Below, in pieces: positions 18,416 through 28,611 of a stretch of DNA of 55,997 nt. Below the pieces are notes generated by a model. It saw only the letters and a program-made list of their open reading frames with translations, did no database searches and had not been told where the DNA came from. Source of the DNA: Candidatus Zhuqueibacterota bacterium (lineage in GTDB: Bacteria; SM23-31; JBHPGK01); the NCBI GenBank assembly GCA_042570605.1, contig JBHPGK010000003.1, forward strand, positions 1 to 55,997, in the 5' to 3' direction. A program made the position numbers and the translations under genes. Every line of letters begins with the position of its first letter. Position 1 is the stretch's first letter.

Positions 18416-19060
18416 ATGAACACAATTAAATTAGACAGTACAAATACCGGTGAAATTGTTTCCGAAAGTATAAAGGTGCTCTCAGAAGGCGGTGTAATTG
18501 TATACCCCACTGAGACCGCTTATGGATTAGGTGCTGATATTTATAACCGTAAAGCAGTATTCAGGATATATGAGATTAAGGAAAGACCGGGATCGATGCC
18601 CTTATCCGTTATAATTTCCGATAAAAAGATGGCGGAAAGCATCTGCGGAAATATTACACCGTTAACTGCCAAAATAATCGAACATTTTATGCCGGGACCC
18701 TTAACGCTGATCCTTGATGCAGGGCATAAACTGCCCGAATACATGGCTTCAGATGACGGAACGGCAGCTTTCCGTATTCCCGGGAATTTATTTTGCTTAA
18801 AGATGCTGAAGGAATTCGGCAAACCTGTTACTGCTACAAGTGCCAATTTATCCGGAGAACCTGAAGCGCGAAAGATACAGGATATAAACAAAAAAGTTCT
18901 TTCCAAAGCCGACCTCGTAATTGACGCCGGTGAAATAAAATCAGAATCTGTTTCTACGGTGGTCAAATTCAATGGAATTGACTATGATATACTTAGGGAA
19001 GGGGCAGTGAAAAAGAGTGATATTATTAATTTTATACAAGAATTGAATATTGAAAAATAG
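18416..19060 (+). CDS. tsaC: L-threonylcarbamoyladenylate synthase (TsaC/Sua5/YrdC)
   Basis: YPTETAYGLG, K-x-R, PGPLT, ATSANLSG, STVV, LREGA. Confidence 0.93.
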   Translation: MNTIKLDSTNTGEIVSESIKVLSEGGVIVYPTETAYGLGADIYNRKAVFRIYEIKERPGSMPLSVIISDKKMAESICGNITPLTAKIIEHFMPGPLTLILDAGHKLPEYMASDDGTAAFRIPGNLFCLKMLKEFGKPVTATSANLSGEPEARKIQDINKKVLSKADLVIDAGEIKSESVSTVVKFNGIDYDILREGAVKKSDIINFIQELNIEK

Positions 19061-19089
19061 AAATTGTATATATAAAACATAAGGCGGGA

Positions 19090-19701
19090 ATGAATTCAAA
19101 AGATGATTCTGAGCGGGAACTGCTAAAAAAAGCGAAGGATGGGGACAGAAATTCCTTTAATATAATTGTCAAAAATTATTATAAGAAGGGATATTCTGTC
19201 GCATATAGATACACGGGAAATGCAAGAGATTCTGAAGACCTGCTCCAGGATGCTTTTTTGAAAGTATTTAAGAACATGGATTCATTTGATCTGGAGAAGG
19301 ATTTCGGCCCGTGGTTCTTTAAAATATTAATTAACGGCTGTATTAACTTTTTACGGAGAAAAAAGTTAAAAAGGGCTCTCTTTTCATTTAAGGAAGATTA
19401 TGAAGAGATCGGTATAGATATTGAGCAGACCAGGGAATATTCAAACAGTGAAAATCCGGAAAAGGATCTTGCAAAGAGTGAATTGAGTATAAAATTATGG
19501 GATGCAATTAATAAACTGCCGGAGAAGCAGAGATCAGCTATTGTTCTTGCAGATATAGAAGGATTTTCATATGAAGAAATTTCAAATATCCTGAAGTGTC
19601 CCATTGGTTCTGTAATGTCAAGGCTGTATTACGGAAGGTTAAAATTAAAGAGTCATCTGAAAAATTATTTTAAAGAAAAAGGGAATATCAATGAGCTGTA
19701 G
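19090..19701 (+). CDS. ECF RNA polymerase sigma factor (RpoE/SigW-like)
   Basis: EDLLQDAFLK (region 2), FGPWFFKI, LPEKQR..GFSYEEI..GSVMSRL (region 4). Confidence 0.92.
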   Translation: MNSKDDSERELLKKAKDGDRNSFNIIVKNYYKKGYSVAYRYTGNARDSEDLLQDAFLKVFKNMDSFDLEKDFGPWFFKILINGCINFLRRKKLKRALFSFKEDYEEIGIDIEQTREYSNSENPEKDLAKSELSIKLWDAINKLPEKQRSAIVLADIEGFSYEEISNILKCPIGSVMSRLYYGRLKLKSHLKNYFKEKGNINEL

Positions 19702-20176
19702 TATTCCAAAAGAAAAGTTGACGGCATATCTAGATAAAAACATGCTTCCTGAAGACCTCAAAGAGATGGGTAAACATGTTGAAATATGTGCTGAATGCAG
19801 GACAGAACTTAATAATATGGAAAAGGTTAAAAGTCTGTTCAAAAAGGTTAAAAACATAGAGCGGACGCCCGGGTACTGGGATTCGTTATATTTAAAAATA
19901 CAGGATACACTTGACCGCAGCGCAGAAAAGATATTGATCTTTACAAGAAAGCAATTCGAATTATTCCTGGGTATGGCATTTATTATACTTTTTGTTTTGC
20001 TGTTTTTATGGAAGAATCCGATTGACAGGATTACTGAGGATAGTATTACAAAAAATGTTGAGACTGGAACTGAACTCGAGCTTCTGCTTGAAGAACACAG
20101 TCTCTCTGGGGAAAGCGGGATCATTCCTGAATTTGCAAATGTTTCGCATATTCCGAAAGGTAAAAAAGAAAAATAA
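19691..20176 (+). CDS. Anti-sigma factor with zinc-binding HxxxCxxC domain and one TM helix
   Basis: HVEICAEC; single hydrophobic helix; overlaps the sigma gene. Confidence 0.85.
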   Translation: MSCSIPKEKLTAYLDKNMLPEDLKEMGKHVEICAECRTELNNMEKVKSLFKKVKNIERTPGYWDSLYLKIQDTLDRSAEKILIFTRKQFELFLGMAFIILFVLLFLWKNPIDRITEDSITKNVETGTELELLLEEHSLSGESGIIPEFANVSHIPKGKKEK

Positions 20177-20216
20177 AATAGCGAATAACGTGTAACGTTA
20201 AACGTGAAACATATGT

Positions 20217-21233
20217 ATGATGAAAATTAAGATTATTACAATTGTGATTTTAATCTCTGCTTTGTTTATATCGTTCAGTGATGTAGACGAGCAGGTTGAT
20301 AATATTCTGAAGAAAGTCTCTTCCAGCTATGAGAAATTTTCTTTTATTAAAAAACAAACTGAAACTTATTACAGGGATGGTGAAATTGTCTCCGAATTTA
20401 CCTATGAAAGATATAATGATCATAAGAATGCAAATCTGCTGAAAATAGGAACAAAAAAGGGTGAAGATAGAACCAGAAAGTCGTTAAGAACCAAAAATTA
20501 TGTAATATCCCAAAGAGAAGAAAAATTTATTAAAATGGAAAGACCACATTTTACGGGTTCAGCATTTTTAAATAAGGAACTTCTTGAGTTGATGAAAGAA
20601 AATTACATGTTCAAGGCATGTAAAGGTACCGATATTATTGGAAGAAAGACGAACAAGCTAACGATCAAATCTGATGTGAATTACAAACCCTGGACAAAGA
20701 TATGGGTGGATGTTGAGACTGGTTTGATTTTACAGAAAGAGGCCTATGACTCCTCAAATGAGCTTGTTTATTCTTATACTGTGGATTTTCTGGAATTGAA
20801 TCCTGTTTTCGATAAAGATATTTTTTACATTCCCGAAAATAAAATAGAGGAGTCTTCCAGAAAAAGAGTATATTTTAACACGATCGAGGATTTGAAGAAA
20901 AAGAGTAATAAACACGTAGCATCTCTTACCGGGATTTTGAAGGAATTCAAACCTATGACGATCCGTACTTTTTCGCGACAGGGGCAGGAGATCATTCATA
21001 TATGGTACACAGACGGCTACAGTACAATATCTATTTTTCAAAGAAAAGCTAATGAAAAAGATAAGCAAATCGATCTTCAGGTTGATACAAGGATAACTGC
21101 GACATCACTAAGGAAAGTCCAGAATGGCTGCCGTTTTACAATGATAGGTGATTTAAGTGAAGCTGTCCTTGTTAAGGCATTTAATAATATGTTAAATCAG
21201 TTTGAAAGAGAATCTAATCAGGGTCTCGAATAA
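20217..21233 (+). CDS. RseB/MucB-like periplasmic regulator
   Basis: Signal peptide; IIGRKT..IWVDVETGLILQKE and C-terminal HIWYTDGYSTISIF..MIGDL resembling MucB/RseB; follows the anti-sigma gene. Confidence 0.75.
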   Translation: MMKIKIITIVILISALFISFSDVDEQVDNILKKVSSSYEKFSFIKKQTETYYRDGEIVSEFTYERYNDHKNANLLKIGTKKGEDRTRKSLRTKNYVISQREEKFIKMERPHFTGSAFLNKELLELMKENYMFKACKGTDIIGRKTNKLTIKSDVNYKPWTKIWVDVETGLILQKEAYDSSNELVYSYTVDFLELNPVFDKDIFYIPENKIEESSRKRVYFNTIEDLKKKSNKHVASLTGILKEFKPMTIRTFSRQGQEIIHIWYTDGYSTISIFQRKANEKDKQIDLQVDTRITATSLRKVQNGCRFTMIGDLSEAVLVKAFNNMLNQFERESNQGLE

Positions 21234-21363
21234 TATAATCATTTCTAAGTACTAATATTTTCAAATAATTAAGTCCCACTTTCTTTACTTGCTGTTAAAT
21301 AAATACTTCTTGAAAAATTCTCCAAAATTTATTAACATATAAGGTTAATAACAGGAGTAGATA

Positions 21364-22128
21364 TTGACCATACCATATCAACCGGGGATCATTTACGGAC
21401 CTGTAAATTCAAGAAGGCTTGGTTCTTCATTAGGATTAAATATTTTACCGTCTGAAGGCAAATATTGTTCATTTAATTGTATATACTGTCAGTATGGCTG
21501 GACCGGTAATGTAAGCAGTTTTTCAGAACTGAAGAAGAATTTGCCGGATTTGGAAAAGATCAGGACTGCTCTTGAAGACCATTTGAAAAAGTACAGCCAA
21601 ATAGGGATCAACCTGGATTTTATTACATTTTCAGGAAATGGGGAACCGACCCTGCATCCGGAATTTGAAGAAATAGTTGATGTTGTTCTAAATTTAAAGG
21701 AAAAATATTATCCTGATGCCAAGACTTCGGTATTATCTAATTCATCAAATATTTTCAATGAAAAAGTAATTGAAGCATTAAATAAACTCGATATCAGGAT
21801 AATGAAATTAGATGCAGGTATAGAAGGTGTTTTTCAAAAAATCAATAAACCTGTATTTAATCTGAGTCTTAAAGATATCGTAACCGGTTTGAAAAAATTA
21901 AAACCTGTTTATATACAAACACTATTTTTGAAAGATGTGAATGATTCTGAAGAGAATTTAAAAGACTGGATAGATTATTTAATAGATATAAATCCTGTTA
22001 AAATACAGATTTACAGTCTTGATAGACCCCCGGCGGATGATTCATTGAGAAAGTTAGAGTCTGATGAGCTTCGGAAAATTGCTGCAAAAGTCAGAGAGCA
22101 GACAGGATTGCAGATCGAGACTTTTTAA
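21364..22128 (+). CDS. Radical SAM Fe-S protein (COG0731-like)
   Basis: YGPVNSRRLGSSLG, CSFNCIYC, SGNGEPTLHP, KLDAG. Confidence 0.88.
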   Translation: MTIPYQPGIIYGPVNSRRLGSSLGLNILPSEGKYCSFNCIYCQYGWTGNVSSFSELKKNLPDLEKIRTALEDHLKKYSQIGINLDFITFSGNGEPTLHPEFEEIVDVVLNLKEKYYPDAKTSVLSNSSNIFNEKVIEALNKLDIRIMKLDAGIEGVFQKINKPVFNLSLKDIVTGLKKLKPVYIQTLFLKDVNDSEENLKDWIDYLIDINPVKIQIYSLDRPPADDSLRKLESDELRKIAAKVREQTGLQIETF

Positions 22129-22158
22129 CCTGTTCAATTAAAAAATTGGGATTTAATT

Positions 22159-22629
22159 ATGAAATTAACAGATATTTTGAATGTGAGTTGTATCAAGATA
22201 CCTCTTAAAGCTGCGAATAAGGAAGAAGTTCTTGAAGAACTTGTTGCTATTTTATGTGAATCCGATAAGATCAGGGACAGGTCAGTGGTATTGGAAGCTG
22301 TTAAAGAACGTGAGAAAACACTCAGCACGGGACTGGAGAACGGGATCGCCATACCTCATGGGAAATCATCCGGAGTTACCAATCTGGTTGCTTCTTTCGG
22401 GATATCAACCGAAGGAATTGATTTTGATTCGATTGATGGGGAAAAGTCGTACATATTCTTTATGCTTGTCAATCCGGAGGGACCGGCGGGTCCTCATGTC
22501 AAAGCATTGAGCAGAATATCCAGGGTGCTCTCAAAGGAACAATTTCGTCAAAAACTGCTTAATGCAGAGAGTTCCGAAGAAATCCATGATTTGATCAAAG
22601 AAGAAGAAAATAAATATTTTGAGATTTAA
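22159..22629 (+). CDS. ptsN: PTS EIIA (Fru/Ntr-type) component
   Basis: EREKTLSTGLENGIAIPHG with the phospho-His; DFDSIDG; HVKALSRISR. Confidence 0.85.
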   Translation: MKLTDILNVSCIKIPLKAANKEEVLEELVAILCESDKIRDRSVVLEAVKEREKTLSTGLENGIAIPHGKSSGVTNLVASFGISTEGIDFDSIDGEKSYIFFMLVNPEGPAGPHVKALSRISRVLSKEQFRQKLLNAESSEEIHDLIKEEENKYFEI

Positions 22630-22641
22630 TTAGAAATAATA

Positions 22642-22977
22642 ATGGTACTATTTTTTCTGGTTTTAAATAAAGAAGAATATCTAAAAGAGATATTGGAAGC
22701 GTTTATCGAATTAGACATCCGCGGAGCTACTATTATTGATAGTGTCGGTATGGGAAGGATTTTAACATACGAGATCCCGATTTTTGCCGGTTTAAGAGAA
22801 CTGCTGCCGGGAAGCAGACCTTTTAATAAAACAATATTTTCGCTGATAAATGAAAATAAAATAAAACCTTTAACTCAGGCAATTGAACAGATCATCGGAA
22901 GTCTTGATGAGCCCGGAAATGGTATTGTTTTTACAATTAGAGTAGATAATGTTAAAGGATTAGCAAAGGAGATATAA
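22642..22977 (+). CDS. Non-canonical P-II-like signalling protein
   Basis: GATIIDSVGMG and PGNGIVFT..V.G motifs of the P-II superfamily; 111 aa. Confidence 0.75.
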   Translation: MVLFFLVLNKEEYLKEILEAFIELDIRGATIIDSVGMGRILTYEIPIFAGLRELLPGSRPFNKTIFSLINENKIKPLTQAIEQIIGSLDEPGNGIVFTIRVDNVKGLAKEI

Positions 22978-22981
22978 TAAT

Positions 22982-23308
22982 ATGCCTTTTTGTCCAAATT
23001 GTAAGTATGAATACAGGGATGGTTTTAAAAAATGTTCTGATTGTGGAACAGACCTGGTAGATGAACTTCCGGAACATGAAGAGGTTAAGGTAAAGCTTGT
23101 CCCTCTTAAAACTCAACCCGGTAGAATTTATTCTGAAATGGTAAAAGAAGTCCTTGAAAAAAAGGGTATTTTCTGTATTATTGAATCCGGACCTCTCTTC
23201 TCTTTAGGTTCTGCCGGATCTGAGGGTGATGAAAGTTATATTCTTGTACAGGAAGACAGATACGAAGAAGCAGAGAAAATTTTGGAAGAAATGTCCGGTG
23301 ACCTTTAA
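22982..23308 (+). CDS. Zinc-ribbon plus DUF2007-like protein
   Basis: CPNC..CSDC N-terminus; MVKEVLEKKGI..ILVQEDRYEEAEKIL. Confidence 0.75.
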   Translation: MPFCPNCKYEYRDGFKKCSDCGTDLVDELPEHEEVKVKLVPLKTQPGRIYSEMVKEVLEKKGIFCIIESGPLFSLGSAGSEGDESYILVQEDRYEEAEKILEEMSGDL

Positions 23309-24462
23309 TGACTTCAAGTCGTTCAGAATGGATTTTTGTTTCTGCAGGAGAGGTCTCAGGAGATATCCACAGTGCCGGATTGATCTCAGAGATCAATAAG
23401 CTAATATCAGGTTTCAAATATATCGGAATTGGCGGGGATAACCTTCGAAACGAAGGTGTGGAAATCCTGTATCATATCAAAGACATTGCCTTTATCGGTT
23501 TTATTGAGATCGTTAAACATATTCCCTTCTTTAAAAAGATATTAAAAGATATTGAAAATTTGATCAGTAATAATAAACCCACCGCAGCAATTCTTGTTGA
23601 TTATCCCGGATTTAATTTGAAGCTTGCGGAGCTTTTTAAAAAATATAATGTTCCGGTATATTACTATATTTCCCCGCAGGTCTGGGCTTGGGGTAAGAGA
23701 CGGGTTAAAAAGATAAAAAAATTTGTCGATCAAATGGCAGTTTTGTTCGATTTCGAAGAGGAATTTTATAGAGATCATGAGATAAATACCGAATTTATTG
23801 GACATCCTTTAGTAGATAAAGTAAAACCGGAGTTTACAAAAGAGCGGTTTTTTGATAAATTCCCGTTCGATCCCGGAAATAAAACTATCGGGATTTTACC
23901 GGGTTCCAGGACTCAGGAAGTCTTAAAGCTTCTCCCTCCGCTTCTGGACGGTTTTGATCAACTAAGATCACACTTCAAAGAACTGCAGGCTTTTGTGTCG
24001 GTATCACCAACTGTAAATACCGGTATATATGAATCTATTATCAGTAGTAAAAATATTGATAATGTAATTCCTGTAAAAGGATTGCTTTATGATATTATGA
24101 GTTACTCAGATCTATTATTTGTTGCTTCCGGGACTGCAACAGTCGAATCTGCAATTGCAGGTACTCCGATGATAGTCGTGTATAAAATCGCTCCCGTTAC
24201 ATATATATTAAGTAGATTATTGGTAAGCGTAAAAAATTTTGGAATGGTTAATATTATTGCAGGAAAAGAAATAGTACCGGAACTGCTTCAGAACAAGGTT
24301 AATGCAAAAAATTTATCTTTACTTTCAGAAAAAATGCTGTCAAATCAAGAGTATTATAAAAGTATTAAAAACGAACTGAAGATTGTGCATCAAAAACTCG
24401 GAGAACCGGGTGCCTCAGCAAGAGGTGCAAAAACATTTGTTGAAAAAATTCTGCAAACATGA
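23308..24462 (+). CDS. lpxB: Lipid-A-disaccharide synthase
   Basis: AGEVSGD, VDYPGFN, SPQVWAW, GHPL, LPGSR, SGTATVE. Confidence 0.96.
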   Translation: MTSSRSEWIFVSAGEVSGDIHSAGLISEINKLISGFKYIGIGGDNLRNEGVEILYHIKDIAFIGFIEIVKHIPFFKKILKDIENLISNNKPTAAILVDYPGFNLKLAELFKKYNVPVYYYISPQVWAWGKRRVKKIKKFVDQMAVLFDFEEEFYRDHEINTEFIGHPLVDKVKPEFTKERFFDKFPFDPGNKTIGILPGSRTQEVLKLLPPLLDGFDQLRSHFKELQAFVSVSPTVNTGIYESIISSKNIDNVIPVKGLLYDIMSYSDLLFVASGTATVESAIAGTPMIVVYKIAPVTYILSRLLVSVKNFGMVNIIAGKEIVPELLQNKVNAKNLSLLSEKMLSNQEYYKSIKNELKIVHQKLGEPGASARGAKTFVEKILQT

Positions 24463-25103
24463 AAATATTTTATCTTTTTCTTGCTAAATATATCGGTCCT
24501 GTGATCATTAAAATCCTGAGATGGACTGTCAGAATTGAAAAAGTTAATTCTGAGGTTATAGATAAACTCAGGAGTGAAAACAAAAATTTTATCCTGATCT
24601 TCTGGCATGGAACAATGCTTATCCCTTTAATATTGCATATGAAAGAGGGTATTAATGTACTCGTCAGCACTCACTATGATGGCGAACTAATCACCAGTCT
24701 TCTTGAAAGAGTTGGATGCAGGACAGTGAGAGGATCGAGTACAAGGGGAGGAAGAGAAGCTTTTAAGGACATGGTCTCTCTTATCAAAGGCGGAATGGAA
24801 GTTGCGATCACAACAGATGGTCCAAAAGGACCATATAGAAAGTTGAAGATCGGAGCTGTAGTTTTGTCGATGAGAACAAAAGTTCCTATGGTTCATGTAT
24901 CTGTAAGGCAGAATAAGCCTCACAGCCTCAAAAGCTGGGATAAATTTCTTTTGATCAAACCTTTTAGTAAATCCGTGGCTGTGTATAGTGATCCGATAAA
25001 TCCTGCGGATTTTAAAGGAAAGATTGAAGAAATAAATGATCAAATAGAACAATTAATTTATCAGCAGGATAAAAAAGCTGAAGCTTTCTTTAATGGAAAA
25101 TAA
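24459..25103 (+). CDS. DUF374 lysophospholipid acyltransferase family protein
   Basis: FWHG, STHYDGE, VRGSSTRGG, TDGPKGP, SWDKF. Confidence 0.88.
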   Translation: MKIFYLFLAKYIGPVIIKILRWTVRIEKVNSEVIDKLRSENKNFILIFWHGTMLIPLILHMKEGINVLVSTHYDGELITSLLERVGCRTVRGSSTRGGREAFKDMVSLIKGGMEVAITTDGPKGPYRKLKIGAVVLSMRTKVPMVHVSVRQNKPHSLKSWDKFLLIKPFSKSVAVYSDPINPADFKGKIEEINDQIEQLIYQQDKKAEAFFNGK

Positions 25104-26094
25104 ACTAAAGATTTTTACCGTTCCGTTTGTTCTGATTTATGATCTTTTTACACGCCTGAGAAACCTGCTTTATGAAACAAGTATTCTCCGTGTAAAAAAG
25201 GTCAACTCTACTATTATTAGTGTTGGGAATATTTCTGTTGGGGGTTCCGGGAAAACTCCCCTGACTATGTGGATTGCTGAATATCTGTTAAATGATGGCA
25301 AAACAACTGCCGTATTGTCGAGAGGTTATAAAAGACATTCAAAGGGATTTGTCCTTGTTTCGGATGGTAGAGATATAAAAACAGATGTTGTCACCGCGGG
25401 AGATGAGCCGTTTTTAATGGCGGCTAAAATGAAGGGTATTCCTGTTGCCGTGTGTGAAAACAGAGTTGCCGGAGCGGAAAAATTAATTGAGATGTTCTCT
25501 CCTGACATAATCGTACTTGACGATGCTTTTCAACACAGAAGAATTCATAGAGATCTGAACGTTTTGATCATAAATGAAAGAGATATTGAAACAGGAATGA
25601 AAATATTCCCGGTCGGGACATTAAGAGAATCAAAAAATGCTTTAAAAAGAGCCGGCCTGATTCTCCTGAACGGGGATATTCCGGACCCGGGAATAAAATA
25701 TGACGGGAATTTCAGGCTTAAATATTCTTCTGTAAGGGATATGAATAATATAGTGGTAGATCCCGGTAATAAAAATTTTATTGCATTTTGCGGACTGGCA
25801 AATAACAGGTCATTTTTTCGTTTGTTGAATTTGAACGGAATTAAGGTTATTAAGACTGTTGAATACAGAGACCACTATTTTTATAAAATGGAAGACTATG
25901 AATATTTAAACGTTAAGATGGAAGAACTCAAGGCTGATGCATTTATTACAACTGAGAAAGATTTTGTAAAGCTTGATAAAGAATTTACCGGTAATAATAA
26001 TGTGTTCTTTTTAACTGTAGAGATTGATTTTTTAAGTGATGCAGAAAACTTCAAAAATACTCTAAAAACTTTAAAAAAAAGGGGGGTTGAATAA
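25093..26094 (+). CDS. lpxK: Tetraacyldisaccharide 4'-kinase
   Basis: SVGNISVGGSGKTP, SRGY, GDEP, LDDAFQH, TTEKD. Confidence 0.96.
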   Translation: MENKLKIFTVPFVLIYDLFTRLRNLLYETSILRVKKVNSTIISVGNISVGGSGKTPLTMWIAEYLLNDGKTTAVLSRGYKRHSKGFVLVSDGRDIKTDVVTAGDEPFLMAAKMKGIPVAVCENRVAGAEKLIEMFSPDIIVLDDAFQHRRIHRDLNVLIINERDIETGMKIFPVGTLRESKNALKRAGLILLNGDIPDPGIKYDGNFRLKYSSVRDMNNIVVDPGNKNFIAFCGLANNRSFFRLLNLNGIKVIKTVEYRDHYFYKMEDYEYLNVKMEELKADAFITTEKDFVKLDKEFTGNNNVFFLTVEIDFLSDAENFKNTLKTLKKRGVE

Positions 26095-26100
26095 CCCCCC
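26073..26100 (-). terminator. Terminator hairpin for lat, overlapping the lpxK stop
   Basis: GGGGGGTT-GAAT-AACCCCCC with an A8 run on the left (U run on the minus strand). Confidence 0.65.
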
Positions 26101-26123
26101 GATGACAATTAAAGTGTATATCC

Positions 26124-27446
26124 TTAATACATTTCTTTAAGCGTTTTCCTTGTTGCATCAAGTGCAATGTCAATTTCATCCTTTGATATATTAAGGGCAG
26201 GTCTGAACCTGATTGACCATGGGCCGCAAGGTAAGACCATGATCTTGTTCTTAAATAAAATGTCTTTGAATTTGATTCTGGACTCATGACTTTCAAAATC
26301 AAATGCGATCATCAGACCTTTACCTCTTACGTTAGAAATCTGGTCATATTCTTTCGAAATTGTTTTAAGATTATCTAACAGGTAAGCACCCATAATTGCT
26401 GCATTTTCGACAAGATTTTCTTCGTCAATGATCTCCAGGTATTTTGTAAAGCGTACCATATCAACCAGATTCCCACCCCATGTAGAATTGATCCTTGAAG
26501 ATGTTTTAAATACATTTTCCTTCACTTCATCAACTCTGTTATTGCAGAGGATCCCGCATACCTGTGTTTTTTTGCCGAATGCCATAATATCAGGTTTGAT
26601 CCCATAGTACTCATGCGCCCACATTTTACCTGTTAGCCCCATTCCAGTCTGGATCTCATCAAGAATGAACATTATGTCATTTTCTAAAGTGATCTCGCGG
26701 AGTTTTTTGAAAAATTCCGGGCGAAAATGATTATCACCGCCTTCTCCCTGAATGGGTTCAAGGATTAGAGCGGCAATATTCTCCTTATCTTTTAGAATTG
26801 CATCTTTTAGCTGATTTATACTGTTCTCTTCAGCTTTAATTACATTTTCCAGATTTACACCCTCAAGAGGAAATGTGATCTTTGGATTATCAATTCTGGG
26901 CCAATTGAATTTTGGGAAATAATCAGTTTTCGCAGGATCAGTATTTGTAAGCGACATTGTATATCCTGACCTCCCATGAAAAGCTTCTTTGAAATGTATG
27001 ATTTTCAATTCAGGGTCTTTGTCTGCAAAATTACCGTTTTTTCTCTGTTTCCAGTCAAATGCGACTTTTAGAGCGTTTTCAACTGCTAAAGCACCGCCGC
27101 TTATAAAGAATAGATGTTCCATAAAATCCGGGATAGCTATTTTTTTGAACATTGCTACACATTCAGCCATTTCTATTGTGTAAAGATCTGAGTTAGATGG
27201 CTTATTTACTGCAACTTTATTAAGTTTATTTAAGAATTCGCCGGTCATCAATTTTGGATGATTGATTCCGACAGGATTAGATGCGAAAAATGAAAAGAAA
27301 TCGAGATATTCATCTCCGCTTTTGCTATCTGCCATCCAGACTCCGTGGCTTTTTTCCAGATCGAGAACAATTGGAAATCCATCAACAAGCATAAGTTCTT
27401 CAAGAACCGGAAAAACATCAGTTGATTTAAGATTAATCATATTCAC
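26124..27446 (-). CDS. lat: L-lysine 6-transaminase (class III aminotransferase)
   Basis: KPSNSD, GALAVENALKVAFDWK, AFHGRSGY, EPIQGEGGDNHF, DEIQTG, FGKKTQVCG, RINSTWGG. Confidence 0.93.
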   Translation of the reverse strand: MNMINLKSTDVFPVLEELMLVDGFPIVLDLEKSHGVWMADSKSGDEYLDFFSFFASNPVGINHPKLMTGEFLNKLNKVAVNKPSNSDLYTIEMAECVAMFKKIAIPDFMEHLFFISGGALAVENALKVAFDWKQRKNGNFADKDPELKIIHFKEAFHGRSGYTMSLTNTDPAKTDYFPKFNWPRIDNPKITFPLEGVNLENVIKAEENSINQLKDAILKDKENIAALILEPIQGEGGDNHFRPEFFKKLREITLENDIMFILDEIQTGMGLTGKMWAHEYYGIKPDIMAFGKKTQVCGILCNNRVDEVKENVFKTSSRINSTWGGNLVDMVRFTKYLEIIDEENLVENAAIMGAYLLDNLKTISKEYDQISNVRGKGLMIAFDFESHESRIKFKDILFKNKIMVLPCGPWSIRFRPALNISKDEIDIALDATRKTLKEMY

Positions 27447-27455
27447 GTCCTTATT

Positions 27456-27686
27456 TTATACCTTTACATCAAATATTTTACCTGTACCTTTTTGTATCTG
27501 ATTAGCTGCTGATCCGATTTGGTCGGGTGTTAATTTTAACTTAAGTTTAGTAAGGTCAAAAAACTCTTTTGGATTTTTTACCCCGGTTTGAATAACTGCC
27601 CTTGCACTCGGCTTTTTTGTGATTTTGAACTCTGGAAGGATCAGTGGAGGACGGTTCATCCACCTGTTTTCTATTGTTCTAATCAT
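27456..27686 (-). CDS. Small basic protein with a C-terminal G-x-x-F-D-x-x-V motif (YjfB-like)
   Basis: 76 aa ORF ending 10 nt before lat; C-terminus KGTGKIFDVKV. Confidence 0.5.
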   Translation of the reverse strand: MIRTIENRWMNRPPLILPEFKITKKPSARAVIQTGVKNPKEFFDLTKLKLKLTPDQIGSAANQIQKGTGKIFDVKV

Positions 27687-27873
27687 TTTCTCAAACCTTT
27701 TATTTTGAATACTTAATGTATTAAAAATAGAGCTTTATTTCAAGTGAAAACGGAAAAACCTTTGTTAATATATTCACAAAAAAAGCAAAAATATCTTAGT
27801 GCTTTATCTGATTAGATTAGAAATGTCAATTTATTCGCTATGGCAGAATGAACTCTTAAATTTATTAAAAATT

Positions 27874-28512
27874 CTATTTTGTATATGCGAAACCGAAAAT
27901 TAAAGTAATGCCGCTGAAATTCTTCCAGTTTCCAATATTTTCAGTGAAGATCAGAAGCCGCGGTCTTAATTCAATATTTAAACTCAGGTTGTTGTTGATC
28001 CCGACACTTGCTCCGAGCCCGGCATATGCAGTTGGTGTTATACCGAAGTTACTGAGATAAATATTACTGCCTTCATACTTAGTTCCCATGCCGAATGCAA
28101 ACCCGCCGCCAAGTGAATAATAGGGACAGAAAATATCTGAAAAATTCAGATATTTTCTAAGACCGATATAAACCGGGATAATATATGCGCTAGCCGGATT
28201 TTCAGAACCTGAATCAATTGTATTGTCAAGCGGACTAAAATTACTGTAAAACCAGAATCCGGTCTCTACGGTTAAAAATGTGTCATAACTTTTCCTTTTA
28301 GAATAAAAAGACCAGAATCCAAAGTTTTTTCCGAAGTCGGCATTTACGCTTATCAGCGTATTTTTTATCCATGGTAATGGGTTACCTGAAAATTGTGCTT
28401 TTTCGTTAATAAGTTTTTGCTGGAAATCATAATATTCTTCTTCCAGGGATTGGGCAGTCAGTAGGTTTGCAAAAAGGAAAAGACATATAAAAAGAGGAAA
28501 TATTTTCTTCAT
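27874..28512 (-). CDS. Small outer-membrane beta-barrel protein
   Basis: Signal peptide; IIPVYIG, PYYSLGGG, AYAGLGASV, terminal strand ITLIFGFAY. Confidence 0.75.
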   Translation of the reverse strand: MKKIFPLFICLFLFANLLTAQSLEEEYYDFQQKLINEKAQFSGNPLPWIKNTLISVNADFGKNFGFWSFYSKRKSYDTFLTVETGFWFYSNFSPLDNTIDSGSENPASAYIIPVYIGLRKYLNFSDIFCPYYSLGGGFAFGMGTKYEGSNIYLSNFGITPTAYAGLGASVGINNNLSLNIELRPRLLIFTENIGNWKNFSGITLIFGFAYTK

Positions 28513-28611
28513 GTTACGTCCTTAATATCGGATTTTTAGCTATAAAAAGCTGCCTGTTTTAAAATATACAAAAAAAATTGGGAAAAATTTCAAAAAAATT
28601 AAAAAAAATGT

